From contig CAWDOD010000005.1 in assembly GCA_963803805.1 (NCBI GenBank), positions 32,001 through 96,000 of the forward strand: DNA of 64,000 nucleotides, in the 5' to 3' direction. This DNA is from an uncultured cyanobacterium (GTDB lineage: Bacteria; Cyanobacteriota; Cyanobacteriia; Cyanobacteriales; CAWCAG01). Of this stretch, positions 50,858 to 63,425 are shown piece after piece; positions within the stretch are counted from its first letter, which is position 1, and each line of letters starts with the position of its first letter. The notes under the pieces were generated by a model. That model searched no databases. It was not told where the DNA came from and worked only from the letters and a program-made list of their open reading frames with translations. The position numbers and the translations under genes are program-made.

Positions 50858-52108
50858 ATGGATAAACCTGTAATTATTTGTGTCGATGATGAAAGAGTTG
50901 TGCTAATCAGCCTCCGGGATCAACTGATTCAACACTTAGGTAACAAATATGAAATAGAATTAGCTGAAAGTGGGCAAGAAGCTTTAGAGATTCTAGAAGA
51001 ATTAACTGAAGAAGGAATTGAAGTTCCTTTAATTATTTCTGATCAAATTATGCCGGCCATGAAAGGGGACGAATTACTCGTAGAAATTCAAGATAAATAC
51101 CCCCAAACCCTAAAAATAATGTTAACGGGCCAAGCTAGTGTTGATGCTGTAGGTAAGGCAGTTAATTTAGCTAATCTTTACCGTTATTTGGCTAAACCTT
51201 GGCAGATAGAGGATTTGAAGTTTACTGTTCAAGAAGCCCTTAATAGTTACTTTCAAAATAAAAAGCTTTCTGAGCAAAATACTCAACTCATAGAACTCAA
51301 TAAAGCTTTATCTCGTTTTGTTCCTAGTCAGTTTCTGCAATTATTAGATAAAGATAGTATTACCGATATTCAATTAGGTAATTCAGTGCAGAAGGAAATG
51401 TCAATACTTTTTGCTGATATTCGTAACTTTACTTCTTTATCTGAAGCCATGACACCGGAGGATAACTTTAAGTTTATTAACGGTTATCTTTCCCGTATGG
51501 AACCAGCTATTATTGACAATAATGGCTTCATTGATAAGTACATTGGCGATGCGATCATGGCTTTGTTTGGAGGCAGTGCTGATGATGCTTTACAAGCAGG
51601 GATTGATATGTTGAAAATTCTCCACATATATAATAAAACTCGCCACAGTCCCAACAGAGAACCCCTTAAAATTGGCATTGGTATCAATACAGGACAATTG
51701 ATGTTAGGAACAATTGGTGGGAGTTCGCGTATTGATAGTACTGTAATTAGCGATGCTGTCAACTTGGCTTCTCGTTTAGAAGGACTAACTAAACGCTATG
51801 GAGTCTCCTTATTAATTACGCAACAAACCTTTCATTTACTTAAAAATCGCCATCAATATGCCATTCGTTTTATTGATAAAGTTCAAGTTAAAGGCAAATC
51901 AGAATTAGTCACCATTTATGAAGTTTTTGAAACAGATGAAGCCAGCATTAAGGAGAGTAAAAAAGCAACACAATCTTTTTTTGAACAGGCTTGGCTACTC
52001 TATAATCAACACTCTTTTCAGGAAGCCAAACGACTTTTTACTACTTGTCTAGAAATAAGTCCTCAAGATAAAGTAGCTCGGTTTTATCTTAAAAAATGCC
52101 GCATTTAG
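50858..52108 (+). CDS. Response regulator-adenylate cyclase (REC + class III cyclase + TPR-like tail)
   Basis: CVDDE, ISDQIMP, KPW; FADIRNFT, DKYIGDAIMA, TVISDAVNLASRLE. Confidence 0.92.
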   Translation: MDKPVIICVDDERVVLISLRDQLIQHLGNKYEIELAESGQEALEILEELTEEGIEVPLIISDQIMPAMKGDELLVEIQDKYPQTLKIMLTGQASVDAVGKAVNLANLYRYLAKPWQIEDLKFTVQEALNSYFQNKKLSEQNTQLIELNKALSRFVPSQFLQLLDKDSITDIQLGNSVQKEMSILFADIRNFTSLSEAMTPEDNFKFINGYLSRMEPAIIDNNGFIDKYIGDAIMALFGGSADDALQAGIDMLKILHIYNKTRHSPNREPLKIGIGINTGQLMLGTIGGSSRIDSTVISDAVNLASRLEGLTKRYGVSLLITQQTFHLLKNRHQYAIRFIDKVQVKGKSELVTIYEVFETDEASIKESKKATQSFFEQAWLLYNQHSFQEAKRLFTTCLEISPQDKVARFYLKKCRI

Positions 52109-52187
52109 TAAGCTTTTCAGTATTAATAAAAACTTATTGAAATTTAACTAAAAAGCTTTTGTTTATATTGCTCTTTTCTCTACACCA

Positions 52188-55100
52188 ATGCTACAAATCA
52201 AGTCTATCATCACCAACATATCCAGGAAAACTCCCTTACGAACAGTTCTAATTGTTCCCTTTGTTGTCCAAATTTTCGCAGCAGTAGGATTAGTCGGCTA
52301 TCTTTCTTTTCGTAATGGGCAACGGGCTGTTGCTGATTTGGTCAATCAGTTAACCGCAGAAACCAGCGCCCGTATTGAACAGCACGTTATCAATTATCTC
52401 AACAAATCCCAGGATACCCTGTGGCTTAATCAGGGAGCCGTTCAAAGTGGTAACTTAGACCTTAATGACTTTGAAAAATTACGGCGTTATTTCTGGCAAG
52501 TAGTTCATGAAGGGGATTACGAGGGATATCTTTCCTATGGCAATGAACAGGGAGAATTTGTTGGTGTTGAGTATCGCGAAGATGCCACGGTTCAGCTTAA
52601 AATCAGAACCAGTGCCATTGCTCCTCAGCGAGAAACCTATTTATTAGATGAGCGAGGTGAGCCGAAAGAGCTATTAAAAGCTTCTGAATATGACCCCCGC
52701 ACTCGCCCTTGGTACAAAGCAGCTAAGGAGGCAAGAAAGGCTACCTGGAGTGAGATATATCCTTTCTTTTCTAGCAAAAATACCATCCTAGGAATTTCCC
52801 CTGTCTATCCTCTTTATGATGCTCAGGGTAAGCTATTGGGAGTGCTATGTATCAATGTTAGACTGACTAGGATTACGGATTTTATCAATCATTTATCTAT
52901 TAGCCCTAATGGACAAAGTTTTATTATGGAGCGATCAGGTGATTTGGTTGCTGGTTCAGAAATTCCTCAACCTTTCAAAATAATCGGTGAAGAGGAAGAT
53001 AGTGAAATTGAGAGAATTCCAGCCGTTGCCAGTGATAATCCTGTGGTTAAGGCAACAGCTCAACATCTCCTAGAAAGCTTTGGTGGCTTCGGAAATATTA
53101 AGGAGAGTGAACATCTAAAATTTCAAGTGGACGGAGCCTGGTACTATGTTCAGGTGCTACCAATTCAAGATGGGCGTGGCATAGACTGGTTAACAGTGGT
53201 AGTTGTGCCAGAGCAAGATTTTATGGGGGAAATTAATAAAAACGCCCATACAACCATCTTTTTGTGTTTAGCAGCTTTAGCCATAGCCACCAGCGTCGGC
53301 ATCATTACTTCTCGCTGGGTTATTGATCCTATTTTACGTCTCAATGCTTCTGCAAAGGCTATTGCCAAGGGAGAGTGGCAGCAAACCCCTGTTAGTAAAC
53401 GCTCCGACGAGTTAGGGGAACTAGCTACTTCCTTTAATAGTATGGCTCGGCAACTACAAGCTTCCTTTACCACCTTAGAAACCAAAAACCAAGCACTACA
53501 AGAGTTTGACCAACTCAAAGACGAATTTCTTGCCAACACTTCCCATGAACTACGTACTCCACTCAACGGTATGATTGGCATTGCAGAGTCGATGATTGAT
53601 GGTGCAATCGGGGAACTATCCTCACCACAAATGCAAAATTTGGCACTCATTGCTCAAAGTGGACACCGCTTAGCAACCTTAGTTAATGATATCCTCGACT
53701 TTTCCAAGCTTAGGCACAAGAACATTGAATTGCAGCTAAAACCAGTGGGTTTGCGAGCTATTGTTGAAGTTGTTTTGACCCTCAACCAAACCTTGTTAAG
53801 GGGGAGAGATATTCAACTCATCAACTCTGTACCTCTTGATTTACCGGCTGTGAAAGCTGATGAAAATCGTCTGCAACAGATTCTTCACAACCTCATTGGC
53901 AATGCTATTAAATTTACTGAACAAGGTTCTATAGAAGTTGACGCTGAACTCAAAAACGATAACCAAGACATTGCTATTACTATCTCGGATACAGGTATTG
54001 GCATCCCTACCAACAAACTAGACAGCATTTTCAGTTCATTTGAACAAGCTGATGGTTCCACTGCCAGGGAATATGGTGGTACGGGCTTAGGTTTAGCAGT
54101 GACGAAAAAGTTAGTGGAGTTGCATGGAGGGAAAATTTGGGTCAATTCTTCTGTGGGAGAAGGAGCGGAATTTCACTTTACTTTGCCTGTTTCCTCCTTA
54201 CAAGCTCCAGCTTATAGTATTGAATCAGCCTTAGCTACTCGCTTTGTTCCTAAACTACTAGATTCAGAACAGGTAGACATAAACAATAGTCTGCCATCCT
54301 TTCAGCAAAATGGCTTCAAAATTCTCATTGTTGATGATGAACCTGTTAATCTCCAAGTTCTCGTTAATCATCTATGCTTAGAAAATTATGTTATTACTCA
54401 AGCTAATAATGGTCAGGAAGCCCTTGCCGTCTTAGAAAATGGCTTGCGACCCGATGTTATTTTACTTGATGTCATGATGCCCAAAATGACAGGTTATGAA
54501 GTATGTACAGAAATTCGCAAAAAGTTCCCTGCCAACGAACTACCAATTTTAATGTTAACCGCTAAAAATCAGGTTAACGATTTAGTACAAGGATTGGGAG
54601 TAGGAGCGAATGATTATCTGACCAAGCCTATTAATAAAAATGAATTATTAGCACGTTTAAAAATTCACCTCGAACTAGCAAATATTAGCATAGCCTACGG
54701 TCGATTTGTTCCCCATCAATTTCTTGATTTCTTAAACAAAGAAAGTATTGTTGATGTGAAACTAGGAGATGAAGTAGAAAAAGAAATGTCGGTACTTTTT
54801 TCTGATATTCGTAACTTCACAAGTCTTTCAGAAAAAATGACCCCGGAAGATAATTTTAAGTTTATCAACGGTTTCTTTTCTCGCATGGAACCAGCAATCT
54901 TGGAAAATAATGGCTTTGTGGATAAGTATATTGGTGATGCAATTATGGCTTTGTTTAGTGGTTGTGCCGATGATGCAGTAAAAGCAGGGATTTCTATGTT
55001 AGAAAGGCTCAAGGAATATAACTTAACTCGGCAAAGACCAGACAGAGAGTCTTTAAGAATTGGTATTGGTATTAATACCGGTAATTTGATGCTAGGAACT

Positions 55101-55517
55101 GTAGGGGGAGAAAGTAGGATGGATGGGACGGTAATTAGCGATGCTGTTAATTTAGCTTCCCGTGTTGAAAGTATTACCAAAGATTATGGAGTTGCTTTAT
55201 TAATTACTCAAGCAACTTTTAGCCAATTAAAAAATTCTGATGATTATAATATCCGGATTATTGCTCAAGTTCAAGTCAAAGGTAAATCGCAAACTACTTT
55301 AGTTTATGAAGTATTTGATGCTGATCCTCCTCATATTAAAGCCCAGAAAGTAGCAACTAAAGAATTATTTGAAGAAGCGCGATCCCTCTATGAAAATAGT
55401 ACTTGGGGTGAAGCCGCAGAGTTATTTACCCGTTGTTTACAACAAAACCCAGAGGATAAGGTGGCACGAATTTATTTAGAACGTTGTGGGCAAGAGGGAT
55501 TAATAGTTAATAGCTGA
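52188..55517 (+). CDS. Membrane hybrid histidine kinase-adenylate cyclase (Cache-HAMP-HisKA-HATPase-REC-cyclase)
   Basis: YDPRTRPWY, SHELRTPL, GGTGLGL, LDVMMP, FSDIRNFT, DKYIGD, DAVNLASRVE. Confidence 0.92.
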   Translation: MLQIKSIITNISRKTPLRTVLIVPFVVQIFAAVGLVGYLSFRNGQRAVADLVNQLTAETSARIEQHVINYLNKSQDTLWLNQGAVQSGNLDLNDFEKLRRYFWQVVHEGDYEGYLSYGNEQGEFVGVEYREDATVQLKIRTSAIAPQRETYLLDERGEPKELLKASEYDPRTRPWYKAAKEARKATWSEIYPFFSSKNTILGISPVYPLYDAQGKLLGVLCINVRLTRITDFINHLSISPNGQSFIMERSGDLVAGSEIPQPFKIIGEEEDSEIERIPAVASDNPVVKATAQHLLESFGGFGNIKESEHLKFQVDGAWYYVQVLPIQDGRGIDWLTVVVVPEQDFMGEINKNAHTTIFLCLAALAIATSVGIITSRWVIDPILRLNASAKAIAKGEWQQTPVSKRSDELGELATSFNSMARQLQASFTTLETKNQALQEFDQLKDEFLANTSHELRTPLNGMIGIAESMIDGAIGELSSPQMQNLALIAQSGHRLATLVNDILDFSKLRHKNIELQLKPVGLRAIVEVVLTLNQTLLRGRDIQLINSVPLDLPAVKADENRLQQILHNLIGNAIKFTEQGSIEVDAELKNDNQDIAITISDTGIGIPTNKLDSIFSSFEQADGSTAREYGGTGLGLAVTKKLVELHGGKIWVNSSVGEGAEFHFTLPVSSLQAPAYSIESALATRFVPKLLDSEQVDINNSLPSFQQNGFKILIVDDEPVNLQVLVNHLCLENYVITQANNGQEALAVLENGLRPDVILLDVMMPKMTGYEVCTEIRKKFPANELPILMLTAKNQVNDLVQGLGVGANDYLTKPINKNELLARLKIHLELANISIAYGRFVPHQFLDFLNKESIVDVKLGDEVEKEMSVLFSDIRNFTSLSEKMTPEDNFKFINGFFSRMEPAILENNGFVDKYIGDAIMALFSGCADDAVKAGISMLERLKEYNLTRQRPDRESLRIGIGINTGNLMLGTVGGESRMDGTVISDAVNLASRVESITKDYGVALLITQATFSQLKNSDDYNIRIIAQVQVKGKSQTTLVYEVFDADPPHIKAQKVATKELFEEARSLYENSTWGEAAELFTRCLQQNPEDKVARIYLERCGQEGLIVNS

Positions 55518-55583
55518 TACTAACTTAAACTTTGTACAATATTACTAATACCCTTGTTAAGCCTTGCAAAATATAGAGCAGAA

Positions 55584-57640
55584 ATGATCGAAAATCCTTT
55601 ATTAATTGGTTCGGGACTACCACCTTTTGAGCAAATTACACCAGAACAGGTAGTTCCGGCAATAACTCAACTTTTAACAGAATTAGAAACAGAACTTACT
55701 ACCTTAGAAGCAAATGTTACCCCTACTTGGTCTGGTTTAGTAGAACCCCTTACTCATATTGAAGAACGTTTACGTTGGACTTGGGGCATTGTTGGGCATT
55801 TAATGGGGGTGAAAAATAGCCCCCAGTTACGGGAAGCACAACAGCAAGTTCAGCCGGAAGTGGTAAAGTTTATTAGTCGGTTGAATCAAAGCAAACCTAT
55901 CTACGAAGCTTTTAAAGCCCTTGAAACAGGCAAAGACTTTAAATCTCTTCAACCTGCCCAAAAGCGTATTGTTGAAGCTGCTATCAAGGATGCAGAGCTT
56001 GCTGGCATTGCCTTAGAAGGGGAAAAGCGAAATCGCTTCAATCAAATTCAACTTGAACTTGCGGAGTTGGGGACGAAGTTTTCTAACCATGTTTTGGATG
56101 CCACCAAAACCTTTAGCCTAACCTTAACTACCCCTGAAGAAGTCGCAGGCTTGCCAGCAAGTTTGTTGAGTTTGGCTGCTCAAGCTGCAACCGAAGCAGG
56201 AGTTGAAGCAGCTACAGCAGAAAAAGCCCTTGGCGCATTACTTTAGATTATCCTAGTTATGTTCCTTTCCTTAAATATAGTCAGCGTGGGGATTTAAGGG
56301 AGAAACTATATAAAGCTTTTGTTAGTCGCGCTTCAGAAGGAGAATTAGATAATAATCCTCTGATTCAACGTATCTTGGAGTTACGCCAAGAAAAAGCTAA
56401 CTTACTCGGATTTTCTAGCTATGCTCAATTAAGTTTAAGCAAAAAAATGGCTCCCGATGTAGCAGCAGTAGAAAAACTCTTAGAAGAGTTACGGCAGGTT
56501 AGTTATGAAGCAGCAAAGGCAGAGTTTGCTGATTTGCAAAGCTACGCTGGCAAAGAAGAATTGCATCATTGGGATATTAGCTATTGGGCCGAAAAACAAC
56601 AGGAAGAGAAGTTTGCTTTTAATGAAGAAGAATTACGCCCCTACTTTCCCTTACCCCAAGTATTAGAGGGTTTATTCAATTTAAGTAAGCATCTTTTTGG
56701 TATCACTATTACCCCCGCCGATGGGCAAGCCCCCCTGTGGCACGAAGATGTACGTTATTTTCAAATTGCTAACGAAACAGGAGATGCGATCGCCAGCTTT
56801 TACCTCGATCCTTATAGTCGCCCTAGTGAGAAACGCGGTGGCGCCTGGATGGATGAGTGTTTAACCCGTGCCAAACTCCATGATGGACTACGCTTACCCG
56901 TTGCTTATTTAGTTTGCAACCAAACTCCCCCAGTAGCTGACAAACCTAGCTTAATGACTTTTAATGAAGTAGAAACCCTCTTCCACGAATTTGGCCATGG
57001 TTTGCAACATATGCTCACCCAAGTAGACTATCCGGGGGCAGCAGGGATTAACAATGTCGAATGGGATGCGGTGGAATTGCCGAGCCAATTTATGGAAAAT
57101 TGGTGTTATCATCGCCCTACCCTGTTTGGTATGGCGAAGCATTACGAAACAGGGGAAACCTTGCCAGAGCATTATTACCACAAACTAAAAGCAGCTAAAA
57201 ATTATCGGAGTGGTACAGCAATGTTGCGCCAACTCTACTTTAGTAAGTTGGATCTAGAATTGCATCACCGCTATGAACCTCAAGGTAAAGAAACTCCCCA
57301 AGATGTTAGAAACCGGGTAGCCCAAACTACCACAGTTTTACCTCCTTTACCAGAAGACTCTTTTCTTTGTGCTTTCAGCCACATTTTTGCTGGGGGCTAT
57401 GCCGCTGGGTACTATAGCTATAAATGGGCAGAAGTGCTTAGTTCTGATGCTTTCGCTGCTTTTGAAGAAGCAGGGCTGAGTAATGATAGTGCGATCGCTG
57501 CTATCGGCAAACGTTTTCGAGATACAGTCTTGGCATTAGGAGGTAGCATTCATCCTTTGGCAGTTTTTCAAGCTTTTCGAGGGCGAGAACCTCAAACTGA
57601 ACCTTTGTTAAGACATAGTGGGCTAGTTATTGCCAATTAG
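55584..57640 (+). CDS. prlC: Oligopeptidase A (M3 family), -1 frameshift near 56226
   Basis: MIENPLL...AEK(G)PWRITLD; KRGGAW, HEFGH, ELPSQFME, GYYSYKWAE. Confidence 0.92.
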
Positions 57641-57924
57641 TTGTTTATACTAGAACTAGGCTGGGTTAGTATTTTACCTTTAAACATATATACTTAAGGG
57701 CGAGTTGTTCTCTACAAAAGTTAAGAATTTAGTAAAAGGAGCCTTTTAACTTACCAATCATTTTGGCAAGAGTTGTGTCAAACAGCTAAAGTATGTATTA
57801 ACCTAACTTGTGGGACTGTATTTAATTGGCAATAAACAAATTAGTTAGAAATAATTAATTGATTTAGTAGAGTAGTTACATCTGCTTCTTTCCTCTTTGC
57901 TCCTTTAATCAAAAATAACTTACC

Positions 57925-60900
57925 ATGCAGCCGCGCCCTCCTTCTCCCGCTTTGCCTGCATTAGAAAATCTCATTAACTATAAGGCTTTTGTAGCACTTC
58001 CTACTACTTTAGTAACTGAAGTTTTACCTGCCTTAGCCAGAACAGTTAACGACTCTCATTTAGACTCAAAAGTATTAGAACAAGCGGGCAGTAATTGCGT
58101 TATTGTCCAATCCCAGGAAAGCTTTCTAGGTATTTTGACTGGACGGGATCTAGTACGTCTGGTAACTAGTAAGAAAAATTGGCAAACAGTAGAAATTAAT
58201 GAAATTGTCAGCCAATGTCCAGTTCCTTTTACCTTAACTCCTGGTTGTGATCTCTTTACGATCTTGGCAGTATTGAGCAAAAGAAAAATTCGCCATTTGC
58301 CTGTAATAGAGGAAGATAGGCAGCGGGTAGGAATCATTAGCCTTGATCATCTTTATCCCTTACTTCCATCTGAGTTGATGACAGAACGTAGGGTTACTGA
58401 AGCTATGGTAACTCCATTAGTGACCATATCCCCTACTACTTCTTTGCTTGATATTGCTCAGCTAATGGTAACGAACTTGGTGAGTTCGGTGGTGGTTGTT
58501 GAAGAAAAAGAAGGAGAAAAGATACTTCGCCCTTTGGGGGTAATTACCGAACAAGACTTAACTCAATATCTTCATTTGGGGGTCAATTTCTCAACCCTGG
58601 AAGCCCAAAGGGTAATGAAAACAGCCTCATCTTTTCTCCAGCCCCAAGACTCACTCCAGAAAGCTTACCAAGAAATGCAACAGCAAGAATCCCAGTATCT
58701 GGTAGTGGTGAACGAAGAAGGGGCTTTACAGGGAGTAATTACCCAAATGAGCTTGCTAGGTTCTTTAGAATTTGTTGAAGTTTCTAACTTAGTTGAAGTT
58801 AAGCAAAGTCAAATAGAAGCAATAAATCAACGCTTAGAACAAGAAATAAATCAACGCCAAGCCTCAGAAGCAAACTTCCGCGAACAACAAATTCGCCTGG
58901 AATTAATTAATAGCATCGCCTTGAATGTGACAGCGGATATGTCCTGGGAAGAAATTACGGCTTATACAGTAAAACAAGTTAGCGATTATTTCCCTTATCT
59001 ACGAGTTGACTATTCTACCATTGATCAGCACAACAAAATTACAATCATCAACTCCGCAGGACTAGAAGAGTTGCCACCCATAGTAGGTACTGTGGTTGAC
59101 CTTTCCTTTGCTCCCAAATATCTACAAGCTTTAAAAAACGACGAATTAGTTGCGATCAATAATGTTAGAACTAATTCTCCTTTAGAACCTCTTTTAGAGC
59201 AACTCTGCGCCACAGCCATCAATTCCCTTCTAGATATTCCTATTTTTCATGGTCAAGGCTTAATCGGCTTATTAAGTTTTTCTAGTCCTACTAGCCATTT
59301 TTGGAGTGAGGGAGAAAAGAAAACTCTCCATTCTGTAGCAGATTGGCTAGCATTCGCCCTCAAACAAGCCCACTCTCAACAAGAAAAACAGAAAACAACA
59401 ACTCAACTTAACTCTACTGCTTCTCGACTCACCGCCTTAATTGAAAATCTCCAAAGCGGAATTTTGGTAGAAGATGAATTCAGAAAAATTGCCCTGGTCA
59501 ATGAAAAATTCTGCGAACTATTTGCTATTAATGCTAATCCTCAAGACCTTATTGGTATTGATTGTAGCAATGCTGCCCAAGAGAGTAAACACTCATTTGC
59601 CCATCCAGAACAGTTTGTTGAACGGGTACAACAAATAATTAACCAACGCCAGATTGTAGTTAATGAAGAAATAGCCTTTGCAGATGGCCGAGTAATGGAA
59701 CGGGACTATATCCCTATTTTCATTAGTGATCGCTTCGGTGGGCATTTGTGGAAATACAAAGATATTAGTGATCGCGTCCGTGATCGCCGGGTACTTCAGC
59801 AGCAACTCCAACAAGCTGTACTAATCAAAAATATCACCACAGAAATTCGCCAAAGTTTAGATCCAGAACAAATCTTTCAAATCACAGTTAAGCAAATTGG
59901 TCAAGCTTTTGGAGTAAGTCGTTGTTTGCTCCATACTTATAAAGCTATTCCTAACCCAGAAATTCCTATAGTTGCCGAATACTTAGAGGGAGACTATGCC
60001 TCTTTAGCCCAAACCAAAATTCCTATAGCCAATAATGCCCATGCCCAAGCAGTTTTGGCCCAAGAGGGAGCTATTTCTTCTCCTGATGTTAGTGTAGATC
60101 CTTTACTACAACCCATGCAGCATCTTTGCCAACACCTTAGTGTTAAATCCCTGTTGGCTATTCGTACCTCCTATCAAGGAGAAGCTAATGGCATTTTAGC
60201 CCTTCACCAGTGCGATCGCTTTCGTAGTTGGAGTAATGAAGAAATTAAGTTACTTGAAGCTGTCGCTGCCCAAGTAGGCATTGCCTTAGCCCAAGCCCAT
60301 TTATTAGAGCAGGAAAAACGGCAAAGAGAAATCCTAACAGAACAAAACTTTGTCTTAGAAAGGCTTATTAATGCTGCTGAGCAAGCTAACCGGGCAAAAA
60401 GTGAGTTTCTGGCAATGATGAGCCATGAGATTCGTACTCCCATGAATGCGGTTATTGGCATGACGGATCTTTTACTAGATACCGACTTGACTTACCAGCA
60501 AAGAGACTTTAGCCAAACTATCCGTAGTAGTGGAGAAGCCTTGTTAGGTATCATTAATGATATTCTCGACTTTTCCAAGATTGAAGCAGGGAAACTCGAC
60601 TTAGAAGAAGAACCTTTTAATTTAAGAACCTGTATTGAGGAATCTTTGGATATTGTTGCTCCTAAAGCAGCGAAAAAAGACCTTAAACTAGCCTACCTGA
60701 TTGATCGGGGTACACCAGAAAATATTATTGGCGATATTACTCGTATTAGACAAATTTTTGTCAACCTTTTAGGCAATGCTGTCAAATTTACAGAAAAGGG
60801 AGAAGTAACTATCTCTGTCATTGCTAGAAGGTTGGATACAGGAGTTGATAGTGCTGTTGCTAGCCCAGACGAAGATTTGAGTACCCATAAATATGCCATT

Positions 60901-62379
60901 CGCTTTGAAGTTAGAGATACCGGTATTGGTATCGCCGCAGATCGTTTAGGCAGCTTGTTTAAACCTTTTAGTCAAATTAGTTCTTCCATTAGCCGCCATT
61001 ACGGAGGAACAGGACTAGGGCTAGCTATTTCTCAGCGTTTATGTGAAATGATGGGGGGAAGAATTTGGGCAGATAGTGATGTCGGCAGAGGTTCTACTTT
61101 TTATTTTTCTATAGTTACTGAGTCAGTGGGTGATAATACTTCAACTTCACAAGAAAACTCTTTACTAGCTCAAAAACGCCTCTTAATTGTTGAACCCCAC
61201 CAAATTAATCGAGATAACCTCACTATCCAAGCCCAATCTTGGCAAATGGATACCATCGCTGTTGCCTCAACCGAAGAAGCTTTAGAGCTATTAAAACAGC
61301 AAAAAATTGATGTGGCGGTATTTGATCGACAAATGCCAGGAATTGCTCAGCAAACTTTAGCAGAATCAATTCACCAGCAACCTAAGTATCGCGAATTACC
61401 CTTAATTTTATTAAGCAATATTGCTCAACAAGAAACCCCTGAACTTCAGGTTAATGCTCAAGCCATCTTTTCAGTGATTAAGCCTGTTAAAAAATCCCAG
61501 CTATACTACAGCTTAATTGAAGCTTTTCGCGGTAAACCTCCGGTGGTAAAGAAAAACCCCAAACACTCTTTATATCTTGATGCTGAAATGGCGATTAAGC
61601 ATCCTCTGAATATTTTAGTAGCAGAGGATCACTCCGTTAACCAAAAAATGGCTCTTTTGATTTTACAAAGATTGGGTTATCAAGCTGATCTTGCTGCTAA
61701 CGGACTTAAAGCCTTTGAAGCTGTGATGAAGAAGAGTTATGATGTCATACTCATGGATGTCCAAATGCCGGAGATGGATGGTTTAGAGGCTACTGCCCGC
61801 ATTCGCCAAGAATTACCAGAAGCTCAAATACCGAGAATTATCGCCCTAACAGCAAGCGCCATGCAAGGAGATCAAGAAGAATGCTTAGCTGCTGGTATGG
61901 ATGATTATATTAGCAAGCCCATTAGGATTGAAGAATTAGTTAAAGCTTTATATAAATGTCCGTCTTTTCAAGAAAATTCAGCAATATTACCTGAATCAAG
62001 TAATTCTGCACCAGAATCTGAATCTCCAGTAATTAATGCCGAGGCTTTAGAAGAAATCAAATATATGGCAGGAGAAGATGCTGCTGAGTTTTTGGTGGAA
62101 ATGATTGATTGTTATTTAGGGGAATCCCCTGAATTCATGGCAGCTATTGAAAAAGCTATTTCTGAAGGTGATGCTAAGGCTTTACGCAATGCTGCTCATT
62201 CTTTCAAATCTAACAGTGCTACCCTAGGAGCTACAAAATTAACTCAACTCTGTAAAGAGCTAGAATTGATGGGTAAAGTTGGTACAACTGCTGGAGGCGC
62301 AGATAAATTAAGCCAACTGCAAATTGAGTATGACAAAGCTAAGCTCGCTTTAGAAGAGGAACGGCAAAAATATTCATGA
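57925..62379 (+). CDS. Hybrid histidine kinase (CBS x4-GAF-PAS-GAF-HisKA-HATPase-REC-REC-Hpt)
   Basis: CBS repeats, [30 protein letters not shown] (Hpt). Confidence 0.92.
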   Translation: MQPRPPSPALPALENLINYKAFVALPTTLVTEVLPALARTVNDSHLDSKVLEQAGSNCVIVQSQESFLGILTGRDLVRLVTSKKNWQTVEINEIVSQCPVPFTLTPGCDLFTILAVLSKRKIRHLPVIEEDRQRVGIISLDHLYPLLPSELMTERRVTEAMVTPLVTISPTTSLLDIAQLMVTNLVSSVVVVEEKEGEKILRPLGVITEQDLTQYLHLGVNFSTLEAQRVMKTASSFLQPQDSLQKAYQEMQQQESQYLVVVNEEGALQGVITQMSLLGSLEFVEVSNLVEVKQSQIEAINQRLEQEINQRQASEANFREQQIRLELINSIALNVTADMSWEEITAYTVKQVSDYFPYLRVDYSTIDQHNKITIINSAGLEELPPIVGTVVDLSFAPKYLQALKNDELVAINNVRTNSPLEPLLEQLCATAINSLLDIPIFHGQGLIGLLSFSSPTSHFWSEGEKKTLHSVADWLAFALKQAHSQQEKQKTTTQLNSTASRLTALIENLQSGILVEDEFRKIALVNEKFCELFAINANPQDLIGIDCSNAAQESKHSFAHPEQFVERVQQIINQRQIVVNEEIAFADGRVMERDYIPIFISDRFGGHLWKYKDISDRVRDRRVLQQQLQQAVLIKNITTEIRQSLDPEQIFQITVKQIGQAFGVSRCLLHTYKAIPNPEIPIVAEYLEGDYASLAQTKIPIANNAHAQAVLAQEGAISSPDVSVDPLLQPMQHLCQHLSVKSLLAIRTSYQGEANGILALHQCDRFRSWSNEEIKLLEAVAAQVGIALAQAHLLEQEKRQREILTEQNFVLERLINAAEQANRAKSEFLAMMSHEIRTPMNAVIGMTDLLLDTDLTYQQRDFSQTIRSSGEALLGIINDILDFSKIEAGKLDLEEEPFNLRTCIEESLDIVAPKAAKKDLKLAYLIDRGTPENIIGDITRIRQIFVNLLGNAVKFTEKGEVTISVIARRLDTGVDSAVASPDEDLSTHKYAIRFEVRDTGIGIAADRLGSLFKPFSQISSSISRHYGGTGLGLAISQRLCEMMGGRIWADSDVGRGSTFYFSIVTESVGDNTSTSQENSLLAQKRLLIVEPHQINRDNLTIQAQSWQMDTIAVASTEEALELLKQQKIDVAVFDRQMPGIAQQTLAESIHQQPKYRELPLILLSNIAQQETPELQVNAQAIFSVIKPVKKSQLYYSLIEAFRGKPPVVKKNPKHSLYLDAEMAIKHPLNILVAEDHSVNQKMALLILQRLGYQADLAANGLKAFEAVMKKSYDVILMDVQMPEMDGLEATARIRQELPEAQIPRIIALTASAMQGDQEECLAAGMDDYISKPIRIEELVKALYKCPSFQENSAILPESSNSAPESESPVINAEALEEIKYMAGEDAAEFLVEMIDCYLGESPEFMAAIEKAISEGDAKALRNAAHSFKSNSATLGATKLTQLCKELELMGKVGTTAGGADKLSQLQIEYDKAKLALEEERQKYS

Positions 62380-62444
62380 TGAGTATATACCTCTTGTGTT
62401 CCCTAATCTCTATTTCCTATCCTTGAAAGCTAAATTTTCTACCC

Positions 62445-63425
62445 GTGACAAGTACAACTAATCAAAGCCAAAGGCAACCCCTCATCATGGTTGTGGATGA
62501 TGAGAAATTAATCAGGATGCAACTACGCCAAGCTATTCACAGGGAAGGTTATCAAGTTGTTGAAGCTCATAATGGTCAGCAATGTCTTACTATGTACAAT
62601 GAGCTACATCCGGATCTGATTCTTTTAGATGCGATAATGCCGGTTATGGACGGTTTTACCTGCTGTCAAGAATTACAAAATGTTAGCAAGGGTTCCCGAA
62701 CACCAGTGCTGATTATTACTGGCTTAGAAGATCAAGAATCTGTGGATCGGGCTTTTGAAGCAGGGGCTACAGATTTTATTACTAAACCTGTACGCTGGGC
62801 TGTACTACGCCAAAGAATTCGACGCTTGATTAATCAGGCTTATCTTTATCAACAACTAGAAGAAACTAACTACGCTTTAGAACGTTTAGCTTCTTTGGAT
62901 GGTTTAACTCAAATTGCTAACCGCCGTCGTTTTGATGAGTTTATAGAAATAGAATGGCAGAGAATGATGCGGGAACAAAAACCTCTTTCTGTAATTCTTT
63001 GCGACCTAGATTTTTTCAAAGCTTATAATGATATTTACGGCCATCAAGCTGGAGATGATTGTTTACGTCAAGTAGCTCTGGCTTTACAAGATTCTGCTCA
63101 ACGTTCTTCAGATTTAGTGGCTCGTTATGGTGGAGAAGAATTTGCTGTTGTTTTACCAAATACTGATGGACAGGATGCAGTTAAGGTAGCAGAAAAAATC
63201 CGTAGAAAAGTAGAGCAGTTAAAGATTAAACACCAAGGTTCTTCAATTAGTTCTTTTATCACCATGAGTTTAGGAGTCGCAACAACTATTCCTTCTCTAC
63301 AAGCTAACTGGGAGCAAATGTTGCGGGATGCGGATCAAGCTCTTTATCAAGCTAAGGATAGAGGCAAAAATAATGTTGTTTTCCGAACTCCAGTAGTACT
63401 ATTACCAATATCTAATTTGCAATAG
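62445..63425 (+). CDS. Response regulator diguanylate cyclase (REC-GGDEF)
   Basis: VDDE, LDAIMP; RSSD I-site followed by RYGGEEF. Confidence 0.93.
   Translation: MTSTTNQSQRQPLIMVVDDEKLIRMQLRQAIHREGYQVVEAHNGQQCLTMYNELHPDLILLDAIMPVMDGFTCCQELQNVSKGSRTPVLIITGLEDQESVDRAFEAGATDFITKPVRWAVLRQRIRRLINQAYLYQQLEETNYALERLASLDGLTQIANRRRFDEFIEIEWQRMMREQKPLSVILCDLDFFKAYNDIYGHQAGDDCLRQVALALQDSAQRSSDLVARYGGEEFAVVLPNTDGQDAVKVAEKIRRKVEQLKIKHQGSSISSFITMSLGVATTIPSLQANWEQMLRDADQALYQAKDRGKNNVVFRTPVVLLPISNLQ

Noticed and set aside
50610-50858. 82-aa ORF overlapping the cyclase start
   Set aside because: GTG start and no recognisable motif, so it cannot be supported, although the TAATG overlap leaves it possible.
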